NCBI RefSeq assembly: GCF_910592395.1
Contig: NC_088308.1
Span: 2,046,001 to 2,110,000, forward strand
Direction of reading: 5' to 3'
Length of the DNA: 64,000 nt
DNA from: Lineus longissimus
Taxonomy: Eukaryota
Shown one piece after another: positions 55,041 through 64,000 of the stretch. A model generated the notes under the pieces. The model had not been told where the DNA came from. It searched no databases and saw only the letters and a program-made list of their open reading frames with translations. The translations under genes were made by a program, and so were the position numbers. Numbering within the stretch: the stretch's first letter is position 1; each line of letters opens with the position of its first letter.

Positions 55041-58000
55041 ACAAATGGCCCAGCCCATTCGTTGGCTTCTTTTCCATCAATAGGAGGGTTTCGCAAGCCT
55101 TACAAAGAGCTACGAACGACGAAGTACGAAGTGTGTCAATACGAATGTACTTGTTTTATTACCTTTAATCCTGGGATGAAAAGTGTTTCATCAGCACCTA
55201 TCGCAATACACAAAATAATGTAATAAAGTTCCAATACATTGCGATGGTATGACATTTCTGCAATGATGGTCTGGAATAAAAACGTGATTACAAATCTTGA
55301 ATAAACAATAAAACCTGTCAATATGGTTTGATGGATTTGGTAAGCGTCAGTTGCGTCAACCTTCGCAAGGGGGCGTGGCACTCGCTATTGTTGATGTACT
55401 CTCCTTGCACCCTGAGGAAAAGGTTGCAGTTTAGTCCCAGAAGACTTGTTTCCGGCGCCCGTTCTATCACAACGACGACAACGATCTCTACAAGACTGGT
55501 ACCGACTCTCGGGAAACTTTAAGCATACCAAAATGACAGGGGACCGGAACCCTCTTGTTCATTTGATGGGAAGTTCGAGTATCTCGATTGGGCTTTGCAA
55601 CGACGTCGAAAAGGAGGCTACTGCGACTATCCTGACTATGCCACAACTAAACAAATACGTCCCAGAGAGTTAAAGATCATCTGTATGACATAAGGTCTAC
55701 TTCTACAAAGATAGGCTATATTCCGCGTCCTGCAGAGTGAGTGTTGATACTGTTTTGATATACGACCGCGTTCTTCGACGTCCTCTTTCACAAAAACATG
55801 CAAGACAAGTTTGCGCGAGCGACGACAGCTTACAAAAACATGTACAGATTTTTTGCGGTTTTCACGGCCCATAGATAACGCGTCTGGCTTCCAGCAATGA
55901 AATAGACGTGTGACAGATTATCATCGTTGGGCTAATGCACTTGGACACAACGTCCTTGCACTCAATTACTAGACACTGATACTGACTCACAGTACGCACC
56001 CTACCTGTATGCCGTAGGGCATTAGAATATTCTTTAGAATTCTAATCTACAATATAGGACACTGTTTCCCAGGGGTCACTCATTACTGTTACACCGGCGG
56101 TTGCCCTGGTGGTGATGCAGTGAACTAATGTGTCGTGTTTTATTCGACTCGCAATATCATTCTTTGTGGCAATCAGAAAGGATTCAAATACATGTAACTT
56201 ATTTGCCAGAATAGAATCATTAGAAAATATTTTAGCATATGTAAGTTACATGTAAATAAGAATTCTACTAATTTTATGAGTAATAACAGCGTTGAAACTA
56301 CCGAAAGATTTATAGATATCGAATTTCAATACCACAAACAAAAGTCACCGAAAGCCTTTATATACAATTCATCTACTCCGCTCGTTCGATGGATCGGATG
56401 AGAAGGACGGACACCATTGGTTTTAATCGCCCATGGTAGTCTGTCGCTCAGCTGAATTAAGTATTTTTGGCTGCCCTCCTATCGAGGGTTCAAACAGTAA
56501 AAGAGAATAGATTGGGAAACTGGCGAGGGTTTCATGGTGTAACATTCTAAGTGGATATACGCAACTTGGATTAGGGAAGGGGGCGGGGTGGCATTCAGGG
56601 GCATTAAAACGCGTTCAAAGTCTGGATATCTTTTGTTCTGTGAAATCTTATAGAAGGTGGCGGTTCGTTTGCAAACACCAGCAAACGTAGAAACACACTG
56701 AATATCACTATTGGTGAAAATAACAATGTGACTGTCGGTGATCACATGTACCGGTACGAGGGCTGGGACGTCAGTTGAACACTTGATCCGCCGTCTGCGA
56801 GGCTGACGGAATGAACTCGATGAGTTCATCCTGCCTGCCTGGCTGCATCCTGACTCCCATGCGTTTGCGTCACCACTATCGAGCTTGGGCGAGTGATTTA
56901 GCGATCTCAAAACATTGCAAGATGGCCTGGCGGAAGACCTTCAGTTAAAATGGAACTGCACGGGAACGTAAGGTCGTAGTCACCTGCGAATCTCGGCCCC
57001 TTTCCGCAGCCACTGACAACTGAGAGCACGAGGTCTTCAACCAATAATTCCGTTATCTTGATTGTTTATTCACCCTCTTTTTGAGGGCAGCCAAAAATAC
57101 TAAAATTTCAGCTGAGCGACAGACTACCAAGGGTGTTAACAGTGGTGTTTGTCTGTCTGTCTCATCTGATCTGTCAACGCTTTCGCGCTGAGGAAGGCGA
57201 CAAGAACTTCGCTGACTTTTATTTGTGCATGGTGTCAATATTCAATAATTACAAATCTTTCGGTAATTTCAACGCAATTATGACTCATCATATTACTATA
57301 ATTCTAACTACGTATTTACCAATATGCATCTCTATAATATCTAATTAAATTATTTTGGCAAGTTTATGCTTTGCTTATTTCATGCTGGGAAACCAAAAAA
57401 TTATAGGTCAAATCAAACCCAACATAGTACATTTGTTCCGGACATCTCCACCAGGGTAACCGGTGTAACAGTAAGCTGTGACCCCTGTGAATTGTGTCCT
57501 AGATTTACATTTATTGCTTATCTGATATCCAACTGTTGAGCTGACTAGTGTGGATACGAGGTGGGTGACCAAGTATCTGTATGGAATACTAGTATACCGT
57601 ATCAAATCCCTTTAAATTCCCATGCTCTGCCGGAAACAGTATATAGGCTATAACATGCTATAGTTGAATGGGTGACAATTTCAATTAAGTCTTTTTGGGA
57701 AATAATAGCAAGGCCTTGGTTTATATGAATACACAATGTACCCAAAAGGACGTTGTATCACTTTTTAATATTGTTTTCCCCTTTTCAAAGACATTTTCTA
57801 GAAGTTATTTTGTCTCTACAAGGATGTGTCATGTAATCCGTACCATGTCCGGACAAGATGTGACATAATCCAAGACGTCTTTTCTCCAGGATTCTAGTTC
57901 TTGCAGCTGTCCATCCGACTGAGGAGAGCAGGAGATCAAAGTCACTCTTAATTACATAAAGAGACTACTCTGGATCAGTCTTTTAGGACAGTTATACCAG

Positions 58001-58198
58001 GTTCTGGTCAATTCTAACGAAAGTCTTTCTTCCCTAGCTCCGCAAGGAACAACAGTGAAGACAGGTTGTGACGAGCCTACCCAGGTGTACTCTCAACTGC
58101 ACTTGGCACTGTTCGCACAAATGGGTAAGCATTTTTGACCACGTTGACTATATCAGGATGTATGAAGGAAAAACACATAAATTTCTAGAATGCAAACC

Positions 58199-61100
58199 TT
58201 TATTCTAAACAAATTTTGACAAGTCAACCTTGTCTTGTACAAAAGTTTTTCCAAAACTGAAAGTGTGTGTAGCACTTAGAGAAGTGATTTCTCGTTAAGA
58301 TCAGTTTGATGCTGTTTAAAAACAATCTTAAGAATAATATATGAATCAAATTTGGTGTTTTAATAGAATACAAATGCCCAAATGGCCAATAGACTAGAAC
58401 ATCCACTTAACACTCAGGAAGCCATCAGAAATGAACCATTTTTATGATTTTTTAATTTTACAAGAAACAATTTTTTTTCATAAAAGATGTGTTAATCTTT
58501 TTGTTATTACGATTTAGTTATAGACTTTAATTCGTCTCGTAAAATCTTAACTTTGTAGTGTAAAAATCATGTAGATGAATATAAATGTCATACATTCAGC
58601 ACAATGGACCATCATATGGCAGCTCCCGCTTCTAAAAGTGTTAAGCTCTGCAAAATATAATCTTTAACTTCATCAATGGTACACATGTGTATGAAAAACC
58701 TGCATTCTTCGACAATGGACATAAGCCACATTAAACATAACTCAGTTGAAATTAATCAAATTTGGTATTACAGTATAATTACATTTCAATTTCGCTCGAG
58801 TCCAGCAGGTTAAAAAATGCATCGAAAAATATTTAACATGCTGCCTGCTGACACACGAAGCTTGTCAACTAAATCTTAATCTAAGTTCCAACAGCAAGTT
58901 TCACCAATATTGAAATTTCATCTAAATTAACCATTCAAATATCAAAATACATAATCTGTACAATTTGTAAACTTTTCCTAAAGAAACCTTCCAATTTTTC
59001 CTATGATGTGTAATCTAACTAGCCTATGTACAATGTCTTAAATAAACTAAAACATTTAGTCAAAAGTGCCACATTTCACAAGTCAGCATCACCAAACTGA
59101 ACAACATGCACAAAACTGTTGAGATTCTGGTATGAAAAATAAGAGAGGATTGGACCAAAGCCCCAATGAAAAGCACAGGGCAATAACTCTCAAGGAGCTG
59201 AAAGTTTTTACCTTTCTTGTACATTTTCGTAACTTTAAATACCAAAAATAATTTGGATTTCTGCCCCCCCCCCTTCCAGACAGAAATAATGTCAATATCA
59301 CCTGGACCCATTTTGAAGTATGTCTTCAGAATGTTCTCCAAAGTACTCCTTATTTTCATTTTCAGATGAACATTAAGCTTGTGCTGATATCGTTACTCAA
59401 GGATAATTGCACAAATGATTACAGATTTTAATAATTATTATACAATTGCGACTAGCACCAACTTGGAAACATTACAATCTTTAGACAGATAAAGACGAAA
59501 TTAAATTTAAATATATGTGCGTCTTCGAGTTATTTTGTAAGGACAGAGTTCCGACAGTACTAGTGTCTAGAGGAAAATCTCTAGGAAGATAAGTGGGAAT
59601 ATTCAATAAGTTTGAATATGAGTTGTGTGTAAAACAACCAAGCCCCCCCCCTCACTGAAACAAATATTCAAATGTTTCTCAAAAATCAGACCCCAAATTA
59701 AATATATGCTATCATCAGATGATTTGAGTGACCCCAGATATCAAGCTGTCCAAAGCTGATAATGATCGAAACAGAAGAAAAATTCAGACCAAAATAAACA
59801 TCATCTTTCTGAAAATAAATTCATTAATGCATTTTACTACATTTACTGCATTCTTTCATATTTCATGCAATGTTTGTCCAAAGATTTCAATTTCGAACAA
59901 ATATTTACAAACTTTCCAGATTATTATTATTCATACAATTTATCATCAATGTGATATAATTCAAATTATCAGGCTGTTTTCTTTTAAATTTCATGCAATA
60001 CTTTTTAAAAATTTGAAACCAAAATTTACAAATTATGCAATTCATAACAAACCTACTGTGACTTTATATTATTAGGCTGTAAAATAATGATATTAGTCTT
60101 CGACATATTAACAACAATCTTCCAAAAAATTACAAAACATTTTTCAGTCTTTAGATAACGTTATACCAAACATTTGCCCTTGAAAAAGTCATGGAAGCCG
60201 TTAGTTCGGTAGAATGCATCTTTATTAATTATTAATAGCATCGATCAATTTCTTTAACTGGTATACTCACAGGTTATAATTATCAAATTGGACGTCCACA
60301 GGCATGCGAAATGGACTCATCAAGCAAGGCCGGACAAATAAGGGCTTGAAACCTTTAACCAAAATTAACGATCATTGTGAAAATTTATGGTTAAGTAGCA
60401 GAGGTAGTGGCAATGAATATTGGACGCAACCTGTCGTTTAGAATTTCTTTGACAAAATACAAAATTTCTAACTGGCAAGCAAATTATGTTGAAATTGGAC
60501 CATATGCCATGCAATCTTACTAATTTACACAAAATTGGAATGTTCTCGTAGAATTCATTGAATATTTGTAGAATCTGAACTTTTATGATAAATCTGCGTT
60601 TCTAAATCTTAAATATCGAAAAGTTATCAATGAACAAATGGCTGGAGGTAACTGATATGCTGAAATCTCAGTTAAATATTAATACGATATGTTATCATCA
60701 CTAGAAATCAAGTGATTGTGTAACTTTAGCCAATTCAGGACAAATCGAGGCGAGAACTGAAAAGAAAGGCAGGATTATTGGACAGACGATAGGCCGGAAT
60801 TATGGACAGTCTGGAATGAAAGTGCATGAGGCGGCCGGATTATACAATAGAAACAAAATTACGAGGCAGGAATACACATTATAAGATATACAGGATTACA
60901 ATGGCAGGAATATACAGAATTAGAAACATTTGATATGTTTATTGATATTGGTGGATGGACTGGGCGGCCCGGTATATCGCTGGACTACCGGCACCACCTG
61001 GTACAACTGATATGCAACATTATGGACGATTACAACAAAGAGAAATCATGGCAGGACAACAATGTACACGAACAATTCAAACACCAAACTTCACTGGACA

Positions 61101-61983
61101 ACTCAACAAAACTTTACTCATATTAGCACTGTGTTATGTTTTCAGTGTTGAACTCTCTGGAGCGGAGGTCTTGAAGAAGGTAGGTGCTGTCCTCTGCTCT
61201 CCCAAGTTTACTCGTGAATTGAACCTGGCTGAGTGAAAACGCTCTTAATGGGAGACTAGGCAGGAGCAAAGTGGGCCAGGTGAAGTAAAACAAAGTCACC
61301 AATAGCTGTCTCTACGATTTCACAAATACGTCAGCACAATTCACGCTTGAAGGAGGACTCATCAAGCAGGATGCAATTGCCCTTACAGGGTACACTGGTC
61401 CCCGAGCTCCTGCCTATAACCCCCTTCAAAACAGTCATGGAATCGCTCAAAGACTCCTGAAGGTTCCAACAGTGAAAACACCAGATCTATGCTAGGCCTA
61501 TCATCTAAAAAGTCTAACTACAAATAGACTTCTTCCTTAAATAGTTACAAGTGGTACGAATATGACAAATCAATATAGGAGATCATCTGGATTTTGCAGC
61601 AGGTTCCACTCTAGAACTTGACGATGAAATGTTGGATGGATGACATGACCTAAGGCATCTTCCGAGGGATATCAAGAATGATACAGACTTCTATTAAATC
61701 AGCAGAACTCATTTTCAAGAATTTACCCTTGTCTATCATGGAACATCTCCATAAGGAATGCTGTCCTGAATAGGGAGGTTAAACTGAATGGAACAAATCA
61801 TTGTCCTTAATAGAGGGGCTTGCATTCAGAGAATGAGAGAACTACTTTCTCACTCTTACAATTCTTGATATCCCCTAAAGTTTTAAGGTCAACACACTCT
61901 GTATGCAATGCAGCTTGATGGTAAAGATAAAAACGTATCAAAAATAAAATTTCATCTGGCTTTGCTTTTCCGAGTGAAAAACT
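58199..61983 (-). other. Putative long 3' UTR of the minus-strand gene ending at 61984
   Basis: Follows the stop codon, AT-rich, no recognisable MITEs. A minus-strand AATAAA (+ TTTATT) at 58199-58204 lies near where the AT-rich block ends. The extent is inferred. Confidence 0.5.
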
Positions 61984-62658
61984 CTAAACCGTCTTCACCT
62001 CACCATCATAACCATCATCGCTAGCTGGCTCAGGCTGAGGCAAAAATCGCTGCATGTACGATTCACAATCTTTACAATAGACAAAAGGTGGCTCCACCCG
62101 TCGTTTCCGACACAACATACATCGCGAGGAACATTGCTCATCATCGCTGTCACAGGAGTCGCTAGTGTCCTCGTCATAATCCGAGTCATAACCCGCTGCC
62201 TGTTTTTCCACCGGGCTATCCGGATTTTCTTTCTCGGACGCTTTTTTCTCGGCAGTTTTGACGACGTCTTCAGCGATGGTGTCCGCAAATGTTACACTCT
62301 TACGATGCTTCCTGTCCTTTTTCTTTGTGAGGGCTGATTTTCCTTTTCTTGCCATTTGTGCGCGGCGAGCCGCAGCTTGAAGATGTGCCATTGCTGCTTG
62401 CTTGGCAGTTATGCCTTTACCCAATTCAACATGCTCAAATCTGAGAGCGATTTCTTTGACGGAGCGCATGCACCCGTTGAAATCAGAGTCTGTGGACGAT
62501 TGTTTACTGTTATCACTAGATAATGAATGGATGCCTTCGTCGGGAGAGATAATGGCCGGATTGAGGTCGAGAAGGTCGGGAGAACTGGTAAAGGTTTTTG
62601 ACGGATTACTTGAATCGGACGGTTTTCTGAGCTGTTTTATATTGGGAATCGTAGAAAC
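61984..62658 (-). CDS. Last coding exon of a gene entering from the right edge; low-complexity tail with RVxF motif, CxxC-x11-CxxC motif and C-terminal KTV (tentatively USP53/USP54/echinus-like)
   Basis: Strong acceptor TTCTTTCTTTGTCTACTTTCAG|; 224 open codons (VSTIPNIK...RKSVTFAD...CMLCRKRRVEPPFVYCKDCESYMQRF...EVKTV*). Family assignment is from recalled similarity only. Confidence 0.85.
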   Translation of the reverse strand, partial: VSTIPNIKQLRKPSDSSNPSKTFTSSPDLLDLNPAIISPDEGIHSLSSDNSKQSSTDSDFNGCMRSVKEIALRFEHVELGKGITAKQAAMAHLQAAARRAQMARKGKSALTKKKDRKHRKSVTFADTIAEDVVKTAEKKASEKENPDSPVEKQAAGYDSDYDEDTSDSCDSDDEQCSSRCMLCRKRRVEPPFVYCKDCESYMQRFLPQPEPASDDGYDGEVKTV

Positions 62659-63503
62659 CTGAAAGTAGACAAAGAAAGAACATTAAGAACATGTTGGCTC
62701 TATTAACAAATGAGGAAACATTTTGGCTCGGTCTTATTATTTTTTGTTGCAAGTTATGTCAAAATGATCTGCTAAGAATGCCGGTTTATGTGCACCGTTT
62801 AATTAACGAAATGACTCAAAAACTTTCACTGTCATATGTCATGATATAATGTGGAAGTACATTCACAAAAAAGCACTAGGCAGCCTCTGACATACATATT
62901 TTCATAATCAATAAGGTAACATTTTCAACTTTTTGTGTGATGATATGATAGTCAAGAAAAGCTCATAACTAGTTTAGGATGGATACAAGCAGTGGGTGAG
63001 CACACTAGAAAACACTAACATGCAAAGAGAAAGTCTTTGATGTGAACAAACACAAGTAAAGAGTAGAAAATACACCAAAAGTGACCTATCTAGACGTTAG
63101 AGGTAGGCCTAAGTACGAAAGGTTGGCCAGAATAGATAGACTTGAACGACTGTCTCAGTAAAATGTTAAGAGAGTTGTTGTGAGAGGCAAGAGAGGTAAG
63201 AAGAAAAAAGCCCACTGAACGGACAATATGAGATGTGTCACTAAGCTGAGAGGATTTGACAACCAGGCCCTGTTGACTGTTCAGAACTCATGTTATTCCT
63301 TATTTTAACCTTTTCTGAATAATCTTATTCTTGTGTTACTTTTAAACATGAAGCTCTTCTTTTAAAAACATCACAAATAGCATAAGGGGACAAAGCACTG
63401 TTACAGAAAACAACATTATAATGCATGGCTAGTGTTAGTGGTGTTAGTACGATACAGTCCCCATAGGCAGCGCCCCCATTCAGACAAAAGAAGAAGTACT
63501 TAC

Positions 63504-63541
63504 ACCTTGTTCACATCTTAACGCGGTCATGATCGTTCCTC
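63504..63541 (-). CDS. Candidate 38-nt micro-exon of the same gene
   Basis: Acceptor TCTTGCTTTTCACATACAG|, donor |GTAAGT. Reads xGTIMTALRCEQG and ends in phase 0, matching the phase-0 start of exon 61984-62658. Confidence 0.6.
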
Positions 63542-64000
63542 CTGTATGTGAAAAGCAAGACAAGAGCTTAGTGCCGTGCACAGGGACTGTTGGGTCTGAA
63601 CAAGATCTCTTAGAATAAATTTAAAAGAACACCTTCTTATCATTTTTGTCTATAACAGGTAAAGAACGGATCATTCAAGTGCCTCTCATGCTTTTAGATG
63701 AATCAGACAAGATATATCTGTCACCAGATTTGGTATGAAATGATGATGATGATGAATTGTCTTTTTTCATTAGTTTTAAAGGTTGAATAACGTGCTTCAT
63801 TAGGGGAATTAAAGTTAGAGAACTGTGAAGCAAGGAATTGTTGACTTCTGTGGTTAGCGAACGATATTATAGGTAATAATCATTTAAAATCGTTGTCCTA
63901 TTACCGGAGTAATTCCTATTCTTGTTCATCTGAAGCAAAGACACAATTGAGTCAACTTTTCATCAAGTTATGTTTAAACAACCTTATTTCTGACGAAAGT

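Noticed and set aside
60931..60954. Possible miR-190 gene on the + strand
   Set aside because: No complementary arm to form a pre-miRNA hairpin and the central sequence differs; better read as a target site on the minus-strand mRNA.

Overview
AT-rich, intron-rich eukaryotic DNA, most consistent with an invertebrate animal genome (GT-AG spliced genes, Pol III tRNA genes with T-run terminators, many non-autonomous DNA transposons). It is not prokaryotic: no operons, CRISPR or rRNA, and nearly all ORFs in the supplied track are chance frames. Supported content: a complete three-exon rhodopsin-class peptide-receptor-like GPCR (+, 52412-55040, 340 aa); the first coding exon of a claudin/PMP22-superfamily-like gene (-, 47427-47835); the last coding exon, a candidate 38-nt micro-exon and a long AT-rich putative 3' UTR of a minus-strand gene entering from the right edge (RVxF motif, CxxC...CxxC motif, C-terminal KTV; tentatively USP53/54/echinus-like); an intact tRNA-Gln(TTG); a degenerate tRNA-Asn(GTT); several MITE/foldback elements; and several tandem repeats. 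The most notable observations are four clustered miR-190 seed sites in the putative 3' UTR, one with extensive 3' complementarity (possible miRNA-degradation trigger); loss of both canonical disulfide cysteines in the GPCR; a 1.57-kb foldback element with an 8-bp TSD; and two copies of a 221-bp palindromic element, both flanked by AAAT. I found no convincing evidence of a wholly new multi-gene system.
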